From the NCBI GenBank assembly GCA_965216755.1, contig CBDCGL010000011.1, positions 2,208,001 to 2,272,000 on the forward strand: a stretch of 64,000 bases of DNA. The letters are read 5' to 3'. This document shows, in pieces, positions 41,876 to 52,606 of the stretch (position 1 is the stretch's first letter; each line of letters begins with the position of its first letter). The notes beneath the pieces were generated by a model that ran no database searches, was not told the DNA's origin, and was given only the letters and a program-made list of their open reading frames with translations. Source of the DNA: Alphaproteobacteria bacterium. GTDB lineage: Bacteria; Pseudomonadota; Alphaproteobacteria; UBA7887. A program made the position numbers and the translations under genes.

Positions 41876-42961
41876 CTACGGCAACTGATAGCCGTCCTTG
41901 ACCATTTGAATCTTATAGAGGCTCTTGCCTGAGGTGACGTAGAGAACATTGGATTCGTCGCCACGGCCAAAACCAACATTGGTCGGCAGCTCTTCTCCGG
42001 TTGAAACATAAGCAAGTTCTTCGCCGTCTGGCGAAAAGACACCAATTCCGGGACGGTTTTCGGCACGCATTGCCACATAGAGATTGCCGTCCACGTCGGT
42101 GACCAGGCCGTCGGGGCCGCTATAGGGCGCGTAGTCGACCAGAACGCGGCGATTGCTCGCGGTACCATCCTCGGCCAGATCGTAGGCTTGTAGAAGATGT
42201 GGTCCGACCAAGGTCCCCTCGCCTTCTTCCAGCTGCATGAATCCGAACCAGCCATTGTCGTTGCTCACCACGTAGAGGGTCTTCTGGTCAGGTGAGATCA
42301 AAACGCCATTGGTCTTACCAGCGTCGGTGATTATGCGATTGACCGTGCCATCGGGATCGAGGCGGTAAACCGCGTAACCCGGTTGGAAAATGGGTTCGTG
42401 GCCCAAATAGCGTGGATCCGAGAAATAGATCCGTCCCTTCTCGTCAATGGTGATGTCGTTGAGAGCATTGTACGATTCACCATTGTACGTGCCGGTCAAG
42501 ATATAGCTCTTGCCTGTCTCCATATCGGTCTTGACCAACATGCGGCCGCCATAGTCGGCACCAAGAGCCGCAATCATATTGCCGTCGCGATCGAATTTGA
42601 TGCCGTTCGACATGCCACTGGGCGACCGGAATATCGTCGCCTCGCCGGTCTTCGGATCGTAACGCCAGATGTTGCCAGCTTGCGAATAAAGCCCTGCCTC
42701 GTCCTTGCAGAACTTTGTAAACGTGATGTCGCTGAAATACATGTAGCCGTCGTGACCTGCGGCGACGCCCTCGGTCAAGATACAGCCGCCATCCCACAAC
42801 CTCATCAGTTTGGCACCTTCCGGCAGAACACTGGAATCGCCGGTCGGTGCCGGAAAACCGGCGTCTTCGCCTTCAAAATATTGCGCGAACGCGCTGGTAC
42901 TGGTCGAAGCCAGCATCGCGATCGCCAGCACCGCTGTGGATATCGTGGCGCCCTTTAGCAT
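41876..42961 (-). CDS. Exported SMP-30/gluconolactonase/LRE family beta-propeller protein
   Basis: Signal peptide ending AFA; TEG, YFSD, SNG, LND, YFSDP, NG...SPD, PDG..D.DGNLY and PTNVGFG. Confidence 0.9.
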   Translation of the reverse strand: MLKGATISTAVLAIAMLASTSTSAFAQYFEGEDAGFPAPTGDSSVLPEGAKLMRLWDGGCILTEGVAAGHDGYMYFSDITFTKFCKDEAGLYSQAGNIWRYDPKTGEATIFRSPSGMSNGIKFDRDGNMIAALGADYGGRMLVKTDMETGKSYILTGTYNGESYNALNDITIDEKGRIYFSDPRYLGHEPIFQPGYAVYRLDPDGTVNRIITDAGKTNGVLISPDQKTLYVVSNDNGWFGFMQLEEGEGTLVGPHLLQAYDLAEDGTASNRRVLVDYAPYSGPDGLVTDVDGNLYVAMRAENRPGIGVFSPDGEELAYVSTGEELPTNVGFGRGDESNVLYVTSGKSLYKIQMVKDGYQLP

Positions 42962-43172
42962 CTGCTTCCTCCCAAAGTTGGGTTTTGTCCCCACCCAATC
43001 CATGCGCGCGGACACGGCTCCAATCGATCTCGCGAATTCGGAAGCTCATACGTCCGCCTCACCATGTCGTCTGCGGCGGGGCTCTGTTACGTGTGGTATA
43101 TGCTAGGGCACGGTGGCCAGTGGGCCAAGCGGGCTTTGGCCGCTAGGCGTTCAAAGCACCGTATCGGTTACA

Positions 43173-43691
43173 TCAAGTAAGGTCTTTTGGCGTGGTATAC
43201 GACATCAATTGGGCCACGTCGGGCCCAGCCTGGCGCCATTGGGTGATCGCCAGTTCGTAACAGGCCAGCGCGCATGTCGGAAACTTGGACGCTATCAGCT
43301 TGGCATTCGGATCGCGCGACAACCGCGCCAGGCGGTTGGCGAAATCATGCAATCCTGGATTGTGCCCCACCAACATGACCGCCGAGGTGCCGTCATCTAC
43401 CCCCCGTATGACACTGACAAGGGTGCCAACATTGGCGAGGTAGAGCTGTTCGAGATATTCGACCGTCGGCGCCAAATTGGCGGCGCCAAAGGCAACATCA
43501 ACAGTTTGCCGACAGCGAATCGCGGGCGAACACAAAACGAGCTCAGGCGGTTGCTCCAGTCGCGCCAGATGGTGCCCGATGAGCAACGCCGCCCGCTCGC
43601 CACGGGCATTGAGGGGCCGCGCGGCGTCCTCGATGCCCGATTCATCCCAACTTGATTTCGCGTGCCTCAGCAGGTGCAGTTGTCGTGACAC
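43173..43691 (-). CDS. sixA: SixA-like histidine phosphatase
   Basis: LLRHAKSSW, RPL..RG, CSPA.R..QT and VGHNPG motifs. Confidence 0.85.
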   Translation of the reverse strand: MSRQLHLLRHAKSSWDESGIEDAARPLNARGERAALLIGHHLARLEQPPELVLCSPAIRCRQTVDVAFGAANLAPTVEYLEQLYLANVGTLVSVIRGVDDGTSAVMLVGHNPGLHDFANRLARLSRDPNAKLIASKFPTCALACYELAITQWRQAGPDVAQLMSYTTPKDLT

Positions 43692-43748
43692 TGCCGAGCC
43701 CTCGTCAGATAGGAAAATGGTGGCGCCGGACTGCGCCGGCGCCGTCCA

Positions 43749-44357
43749 TTAGCGCGCGGCTTGCACCTGCGCATCCATTTCGAGGTTCGCGATCAGACGT
43801 GATAGCGAGTCGTTAAGCTGACCCTGTTCCTTGCGGCCTATGCCACCCAACGCGATATCATTCACTTCGCCCGCCAACGGCACCAGTGATTTCTGGAGCG
43901 TCTTACCCTTGCGGGTCAGGCGAATATGAATCTGTCGGCGATCCGTTTCGCTGCGCACACGCTCAACCAAACCCTCGCGTTCCATACGATCCAAAGTCCG
44001 CACCATGGTGGGGGCTTCGATCCGCACGCGCTGGCTGAGCTCTTTCTGTGTGAGGCCATCTTCCTCCCACAAGCACAGAAGAACCGGTAGTTGTCCATAT
44101 CCGATCCCCTTCGGCGTCAGGCGCGCTGCAAGCGCACGCGCAACCAAACGCGAAACCAGGGTGATCAGTTGGGCCGTTGATTCCGCACGTTTCGCTGGCG
44201 CCGCAGCGCTGGCTTTACCTGCAGACTTCCGCCGTGCGACCGACGTGGACTTGGCGACCGTGCTCGCGCGGGCTCTGGACTTGCCCTTTGCTACACGCTT
44301 TGTCGCCTTACCCGTCGATCGACGAGCAGTTGATTTTCTTGTCGTTTCCCGTGCCAT
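43749..44357 (-). CDS. MarR-family regulator with ~60-aa Lys/Arg/Ala/Ser-rich N-terminal tail
   Basis: LTQKELS...PTMVRTLDRME..GLVER...DRR..I.LT.KG; AGAGG SD before ATG 44357. Confidence 0.9.
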   Translation of the reverse strand: MARETTRKSTARRSTGKATKRVAKGKSRARASTVAKSTSVARRKSAGKASAAAPAKRAESTAQLITLVSRLVARALAARLTPKGIGYGQLPVLLCLWEEDGLTQKELSQRVRIEAPTMVRTLDRMEREGLVERVRSETDRRQIHIRLTRKGKTLQKSLVPLAGEVNDIALGGIGRKEQGQLNDSLSRLIANLEMDAQVQAAR

Positions 44358-44497
44358 ACTAACCAAACCTCTTTTGCGGCTAGTCATTGTTTCACAAAGT
44401 GGGTTTACTTCCAAGTGGCCTATGCCGCGCAGCAATGCGGCCCTCCCAACACCGCATCGTGGCTAGCGATACGGTATCTCTTGTGAAAAAGCCCTGC

Positions 44498-45358
44498 CTA
44501 GGCAAGCCAGCGCTTGCGCCGTCGATAATGCTTCACATCGCGGTAACTACGGCGTCCGCTCTCGCTCAGACCCAAATAGAACTCCTTCACATCTTCGTTT
44601 TCGCGCAGAACCTTGGCGTCACCGTCAAGCACCACGCGTCCGTTTTCAAGGATATACCCATAGTCGGCATATCTGAGTGCGATCGTCGCATTTTGTTCAG
44701 CAATCAGAAAACTGACGCCTTCGTTCTTGTTTAATCGCGCAACGATCTCGAAAATCTCCTCAACCAACTGCGGGGCAAGCCCCATTGACGGCTCGTCGAG
44801 AAGAATAAGTTTCGGCCGTGCCATCAAGGCGCGGCCAATGGCTGTCATCTGTTGTTCGCCGCCCGAAACATACCCGGCTTGGGTTGTACGCCGATCGGCG
44901 AGGCGTGGAAAATAGTCATAGACGAGTTTTAGGTCGTCGCCAACTGCGCCGCGTCCATCGCGTCGTGTATAGGCGCCGGTTAGGAGGTTTTCCTCAACCG
45001 TCAAATGTTCAAAACAATGCCGACCTTCCATGACTTGAACGACGCCGCGAACGACCAATTCGTTCGGGCTAAGTTGTTCGACGCGCTCGTTCTGATAGAG
45101 GACCGACCCTTTCGTGACCGCGCCGCGTTCACTTCCCAGCAAATTCGAAACCGCTTTTAGCGTGGTGGTCTTGCCGGCGCCATTGGCACCAAGCAAAGAT
45201 ACCACAGCGCGTTCCGGCACTTGGAGCGATACACCCTTTAGCACCAAAATCACATGGTCATAGACGACTTCGATATTATTGACCGATAGCAAGGTCTGGA
45301 CACCGGGATCAACTGCCGGTTCCATGACCTCTGCCATCGCCATTTGTTGCGAACTCAT
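44498..45358 (-). CDS. LIV-type ABC transporter ATP-binding protein (LivF-like)
   Basis: GANGAGKTT, SGGEQQM and LDEPSMGLAP motifs. Confidence 0.92.
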   Translation of the reverse strand: MSSQQMAMAEVMEPAVDPGVQTLLSVNNIEVVYDHVILVLKGVSLQVPERAVVSLLGANGAGKTTTLKAVSNLLGSERGAVTKGSVLYQNERVEQLSPNELVVRGVVQVMEGRHCFEHLTVEENLLTGAYTRRDGRGAVGDDLKLVYDYFPRLADRRTTQAGYVSGGEQQMTAIGRALMARPKLILLDEPSMGLAPQLVEEIFEIVARLNKNEGVSFLIAEQNATIALRYADYGYILENGRVVLDGDAKVLRENEDVKEFYLGLSESGRRSYRDVKHYRRRKRWLA

Positions 45359-45370
45359 GAAAGCGCTCGA

Positions 45371-46711
45371 TCAGCCGGCTGCCGCGCAATCTCTCGGCGT
45401 GATACCTTTTTCCGCAGCATAGGCCGCCGCCGATTCCTCGATCATTTCGCGGGTAAGCTCCCAATCCGGTTCAATCCACTGATCGGTGATCAGTTGCCAC
45501 TTTTCGCCGTCCCACTGCTGGACGTTGACCATGCCGCGACCTTCATGATCTTCGCACGAAGTGCTCAGCGGCGAAAGCAACCCTTCGGCGCCTAATTCCT
45601 TGATACGCTCAGCAGTGATATCGAGATGCTCCAGAGCCCACTGGACCTCTTCCCCACTTAACGAACGGTTGCCAAACTTCACCATCGCCGTCCTAAAAGC
45701 TTCCGTCACCAAAATGCCCTGAATGACCCCTCGATTGTAGTAAATAGAACCAACTCGATCCGTGTCGATAGCGCCCTTACCGGCGTCATGGACATATTTC
45801 AGGATGTCCTGGATTATTGGAAAATCAGCGCCCGGCGCGTGGAACGTGGTCGTCACATAGCCGACCGCAGCCCGACCCGCTGGAATGACGTCTTCTTCAG
45901 ATCCACACCACCATACGCCAACAATACGCTCGCGTGGAAAATTCACCCGTGCGGCTTCTTTTAAAGCCGTTGAGCACATCACGCCCCATCCGCGATTAAT
46001 CACCCAATCGGGTTTAAACCGCCGGCCAATTTGAAGCCAGGTCGCTTTTTGATCGAGGCCAGGATGGGCAACCGGATAATGCTTCACTTCGAAGCCATAT
46101 TTCTCGGCCATGCGATTGAGCACTGGCGATGATTCTTTTCCATAAGCCGAATCATGATGCAAATTGGCGATCTTCAGCCCGGCAAGCTTATCAAAGCCAC
46201 CCGATTGTTGGGCGATATAAGCAATTTTCGCAGTGTTCTGATTCCAGTAGTTCGTGATCACCGGAAACAGATAGGGAAACACGCGACCGTCTGACGCGTC
46301 GGTGCGGCCATAGCCCACGGTCATGACCGGAATCCGGTCTTCCGCCGCGCGCTCCATGATCGCATAGGTCAAACCAGTCCCGAGCGGGTTGAAAACCGTC
46401 GCCCCCTTGTCGCCACGACCCTTAAGCCTCTCGTAACATTCGACCATGCGATCGGGCTGATAGGCGGTCTCGCACTCTTCCCACGTCAGGGGCACGCCAT
46501 TTACGCCACCGTCGCGGGCGTTCAACATGGCCATGTAATCGATGAATCCGCCGCCAACACCCGATCCGCCGGGCGCGTAGGGCCCGGTCCGGTAGAGGGT
46601 CACCGGCACAAACAGTTCCTCTGCCTGAACCACCAACGGGGCAAAACCGGCCGCAGCGACCGTCAGTGCCGCCGCAAGCCCTAGGACGGACCGTGTCCGC
46701 ACTGTCGTCAT
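45371..46711 (-). CDS. LIV-type ABC transporter substrate-binding protein
   Basis: Signal peptide; YRTGPYA, LNARDGGVNGV and SCEDHEG; position within the operon. Confidence 0.9.
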   Translation of the reverse strand: MTTVRTRSVLGLAAALTVAAAGFAPLVVQAEELFVPVTLYRTGPYAPGGSGVGGGFIDYMAMLNARDGGVNGVPLTWEECETAYQPDRMVECYERLKGRGDKGATVFNPLGTGLTYAIMERAAEDRIPVMTVGYGRTDASDGRVFPYLFPVITNYWNQNTAKIAYIAQQSGGFDKLAGLKIANLHHDSAYGKESSPVLNRMAEKYGFEVKHYPVAHPGLDQKATWLQIGRRFKPDWVINRGWGVMCSTALKEAARVNFPRERIVGVWWCGSEEDVIPAGRAAVGYVTTTFHAPGADFPIIQDILKYVHDAGKGAIDTDRVGSIYYNRGVIQGILVTEAFRTAMVKFGNRSLSGEEVQWALEHLDITAERIKELGAEGLLSPLSTSCEDHEGRGMVNVQQWDGEKWQLITDQWIEPDWELTREMIEESAAAYAAEKGITPRDCAAAG

Positions 46712-46853
46712 TGCTTCCTCCCTGTCTCGTTCATTATTCGCCTTTTCCGGCGATATTTACGCAAAGTATCACAAATTCGATAGGTTGCGTTGCCAATCTG
46801 GATATCACCGCATATCGATGTGGCGGCCGCGGGCCGCCGACGGCCAAACTCAG

Positions 46854-47918
46854 CTAGTGCGGAAACGGCCATAACCTGAGTTTTTCTTTTGCAATCTGCC
46901 ACAATCTGGCCAGGCCCATCGGCTCAACAATCAAGAAAAAGATGATCAAACTACCAAAAATCACCAATTCCAAGTTCGACAGGGTATCGATCTGGATCGC
47001 TGAGCCAAACAGCGCTGCAAAATTGTTAATCAAAATTGGCAGTAAGACGATGAATGCAGCACCAAAAAATGACCCAAGAATGCTACCCAAACCGCCGATG
47101 ATAATCATAAATAGCACTTGGAACGAGCGATTGAGGTCGAATGCCTGTGGCTCCACCGTGCCCAAATACACAAACGCCCACAATCCCCCGGCCACGCCGC
47201 AATAGAACGAGCTTATGGCAAAGGCCAACAGTTTCGTTCGTAGCAGCCGGATGCCGATGACCTCAGCGGCGATGTCCATGTCGCGCACCGCCATCCACGC
47301 ACGTCCTATCGAGCCCCGCACCATATTCTTGGCCGCAAGGGTCAGCACCACAACAATCGCCAATGTCAACAAATAGCGGCTTTCGACCGACTTAAATTCG
47401 TAACCCAATACGGTGATGGGCGGCGCACTAATCACGCCTGAACTGTCATAGTTGGTGAACCAGCCAATCGTCGTTAGCATCCACTCAATCGTGAATTGCG
47501 CCGCCAGGGTCGCGACCGCCAAGTAGAACCCCTTGATCCGCAAGCTCGGCAGGCCAAACAGGATTCCGACGAGTGCCGCCACCAAACCGGCCAACGGCAA
47601 TGCGACCAAAAACGACAAGCCGTCGATACGAATCATCAGATTGTACGCGGCGAACGCGCCAGCCGCCATGAAACCGGCAGTGCCCAGCGACAATTGCCCG
47701 GCATAGCCGGTCAGCAAATTGAGTCCCAACGCCGCTAACGAATAGATCAGAAAGGGGATGAAGATCGAACCGAGCCAATACTCATTGCCAAGCAACGGTA
47801 CGGCGATGAATGCGACAAGCAACAGCAGCCATACGCCCCAGCGGTCTTGGGCAATTGGAAAGATCGCTTGATCGCTACGATATGTGCTCTTGAATTGACC
47901 GGTTTCGCGATAGAGCAT
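46854..47918 (-). CDS. LIV-type ABC transporter permease (LivM-like)
   Basis: GLNLLTGYAGQLSLG, GFYLAVATLA and IIGGLGS motifs. Confidence 0.92.
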   Translation of the reverse strand: MLYRETGQFKSTYRSDQAIFPIAQDRWGVWLLLLVAFIAVPLLGNEYWLGSIFIPFLIYSLAALGLNLLTGYAGQLSLGTAGFMAAGAFAAYNLMIRIDGLSFLVALPLAGLVAALVGILFGLPSLRIKGFYLAVATLAAQFTIEWMLTTIGWFTNYDSSGVISAPPITVLGYEFKSVESRYLLTLAIVVVLTLAAKNMVRGSIGRAWMAVRDMDIAAEVIGIRLLRTKLLAFAISSFYCGVAGGLWAFVYLGTVEPQAFDLNRSFQVLFMIIIGGLGSILGSFFGAAFIVLLPILINNFAALFGSAIQIDTLSNLELVIFGSLIIFFLIVEPMGLARLWQIAKEKLRLWPFPH

Positions 47919-47924
47919 CGGAGT

Positions 47925-48818
47925 TTAGACCCGTTCGATGATTTTTTCGCCAAACAGGCCTTCCGGCCTAATCATCAAGAAAACCATGGCCAGGAGATAG
48001 GGGAAGAAATTCTCGACACCGCCATGGCCAAGCACATCGCTGGCAAATACCTCGGCCAGTTTTTCACCGGCGCCGATGATCAATCCGCCAACAATCGCAC
48101 CAGGCACCGAAGTAAACCCACCCAATATCAGCACCGGCAGCGCTTTCAATGCCAACAAAGAGAGGCTGAATTGAACACCCAGCCGGCTGCCCCAGATAAT
48201 CCCCGCGACAAAGGCAACGATGCCCGCCACCGCCCACACCACAATCCATACCGTCCGCAACGGAATTCCGACGCTGAGCGCGGCTTGATGATCGTCAGCC
48301 ACGGCGCGTAGGGCCCGCCCCATACGCGTGCGCTGAAAAAAGATCGCCAACAACGCGACCAACAGCCCGGCCACCGCCGCCGCGTAAATCTCGTTGGTCA
48401 CGAAAAAAAACGGCCCCAGTTCAAAAGAGGCATACGGATCGCCAATCTCCAGCGCGTGCGGATCACTACCCCAAACGCCCTGCGCCATGCCTTCGATGAT
48501 AAAATTGAGACCAATTGTGGCCATAAACAGCGTGATTGCGGGCTGGTTTACCAGCGGCCGCAGCACGACTCGTTCGACGCCGATGGCCAGTCCGATCATT
48601 ACCAGAATCGTGACCGCTGCCGCGAGCAGAAACGGCCAGTTCATTTCTAGCAAGCTCACAAATGTCAGAGCCGCCATCAGCACCATGGTGCCCTGGGCGA
48701 AATTGAACACGCCGGAAGCTTTGAAAATGAGCACAAATCCCAACGCCACCAGCGAATACATCACGCCGGCCAAAAGGCCGTCGAACAGCGCCTGAACATA
48801 GAGCAGAAAAATATCCAT
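47925..48818 (-). CDS. LIV-type ABC transporter permease (LivH-like)
   Basis: YSLVALGFVLI...NFAQG, GRALRAVADD and RPEGLFG motifs. Confidence 0.92.
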   Translation of the reverse strand: MDIFLLYVQALFDGLLAGVMYSLVALGFVLIFKASGVFNFAQGTMVLMAALTFVSLLEMNWPFLLAAAVTILVMIGLAIGVERVVLRPLVNQPAITLFMATIGLNFIIEGMAQGVWGSDPHALEIGDPYASFELGPFFFVTNEIYAAAVAGLLVALLAIFFQRTRMGRALRAVADDHQAALSVGIPLRTVWIVVWAVAGIVAFVAGIIWGSRLGVQFSLSLLALKALPVLILGGFTSVPGAIVGGLIIGAGEKLAEVFASDVLGHGGVENFFPYLLAMVFLMIRPEGLFGEKIIERV

Positions 48819-48842
48819 GAATCCCGTCCGCCGTCGCTCGAA

Positions 48843-49675
48843 TTATTGGGAGACGCCGAGGTAAGCGTCGATGACACGTTGATCCGCGCGAACCTCGTCC
48901 GGCGTGCCATCGGCTATCTTGAGGCCGTAATCCAACACAACCACACGATCGGATATGTCCATCACAACACCCATATCGTGCTCTATCAAAATCACGGTGG
49001 TGCCGAATTCATCGTTCACATCAAGGACAAATCTTGACATGTCCTCCTTTTCTTCGACGTTCATGCCAGCCATCGGTTCGTCCAACAACAACAGGCGCGG
49101 CTCAGCAGCCAAGGCACGGCCAAGTTCGACGCGCTTTTGCATGCCATAGGGAAGCCGCCCGACCGGCGTTTTCCGGATCGACTGGATTTCTAGAAAATCG
49201 ATAATCTTTTCGGCAAATTCACGATTCTCGATCTCCTCGCGTTGGAACGGCCCCCAATACAGCGCTTGCCACAAGAAACCACGCCGCATCTTCATGTTTC
49301 GGCCCGACATGATGTTATCGAGCGTGGTCATGCCCTTAAAAAGCGCCACATTCTGAAACGTGCGTGCAATGCCTTGGCGGGCGATTTCCGCCGGACCGCC
49401 CGAACGCCGTTCGACACCATCAAAGTAAATGTGACCAGCCTGCGGGTGATAGACGCCATTGACGCAGTTCAAGAGCGACGTCTTGCCGGCGCCATTGGGG
49501 CCGATGATGGCAAGAATTTCGTGCTCGCGCACCGCGACACTGACATCGTTGAGCGCCTTGACACCACCGAATGACAGCGTAATGCCCTCGGCCCGCAGCA
49601 GAACGTCGCCAAGCGCCTTGTCCGGCGGCGGCGGACCGGCGTCTTCGGGCCTCATGTCGTTGGCGTTCTCGGGCA

Positions 49676-49676
<1 letters not shown>
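48843..49676 (-). CDS. LIV-type ABC transporter ATP-binding protein (LivG-like)
   Basis: FGGVKAL, GPNGAGKT, RTFQN, LPYG.QK, IEHDM and AYLG. Confidence 0.92.
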
Positions 49677-51649
<1,973 letters not shown>

Positions 51650-51855
51650 CGCCCACCACCGCCAGGCGGCGACCCAACATCGCTTGCATCTTATCCTCCC
51701 AAAATCACATTCATTGCGGCGCGTCTTCCGGCGCCTGGGCGAGGCGATTATTTCGGCAAAAGGCGTTTGTTACAACCCCGGTGTCGCCGACGTCCGCCAG
51801 CAACCTTGCCAAATCGGCACCAAATCACGGGCCCGCCGCCCGAACAATCGCCCAC

Positions 51856-52593
51856 CTATGACGATGCGAGAGCCAAAACGGGCGTGCCAATAGAAAGCCG
51901 AAGCAGGTCGTCGGCGCGCCCTTGATTGACGGCTAACTCGACCAAACCATTGGAATTTTCGTACCAGATCGGCATACCCTTTGCGACATCGGAAAATGTA
52001 CGCGCATGAGGGATGGTTTGTCGACCAGCCTTTAGAACAGCATCGGAGGGCAAGGTGCTGGCGCGCATGCCGGTCATCGCATTGCCATATGTATCGATGT
52101 AAACAACTTCGCCCAAATCATCCAGCCAATCCGCGCCCGCGACTGTCGCCGGGTCCAACCGGGTGCCATCCACAGGTTCATGGCCGGTCAGGGCCGCAGC
52201 AACCGGCGCAAAAAGGTCGCGGCCATGAAATGTCGCACTGAGTTGATCGGGGCGCCAGTCGATCTCATACCATTCAATTTCTTGGGCGCGCCGCGACACA
52301 ATGGCAAACAAACCATTGTCCGGGCCCACAAACCAACGATCGTCGGCACGTACCATAATGGGTCGTCTTCCAACATTTCCGACACCCGGATCGACAACGC
52401 CCAAACATACGCAACGTACCGGCAGCTGTTCGGCGAGCGCTGCCAAAAGATAGGCCGCGGTCTTGGGGTCGAATGTTGGCGCATCGTGCATCAAATCAAC
52501 CACCGGCTGATCCGGGTCGCACTTGGCCAGCGCCACTTTGAGCTGCCCCACATAGGGGCCTTCCGTGCCAAAATCGGTAAACAAAACAATCAT
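51856..52593 (-). CDS. DUF62 SAM hydroxide adenosyltransferase (SAM hydrolase/halogenase family)
   Basis: LFTDFG, VVDPGVG..RR, SATFHGRDLFAP, IDTYGN and ELAVNQG; GAAGGA SD. Confidence 0.92.
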   Translation of the reverse strand: MIVLFTDFGTEGPYVGQLKVALAKCDPDQPVVDLMHDAPTFDPKTAAYLLAALAEQLPVRCVCLGVVDPGVGNVGRRPIMVRADDRWFVGPDNGLFAIVSRRAQEIEWYEIDWRPDQLSATFHGRDLFAPVAAALTGHEPVDGTRLDPATVAGADWLDDLGEVVYIDTYGNAMTGMRASTLPSDAVLKAGRQTIPHARTFSDVAKGMPIWYENSNGLVELAVNQGRADDLLRLSIGTPVLALASS

Positions 52594-52606
52594 CGTGAAA
52601 TCCTTC

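Noticed and set aside
51856-52593. DUF62 gene as a fluorinase/chlorinase for a halometabolite
   Set aside because: Retains the Asp/Arg/His hydrolase residues, and no halometabolite pathway genes are nearby.
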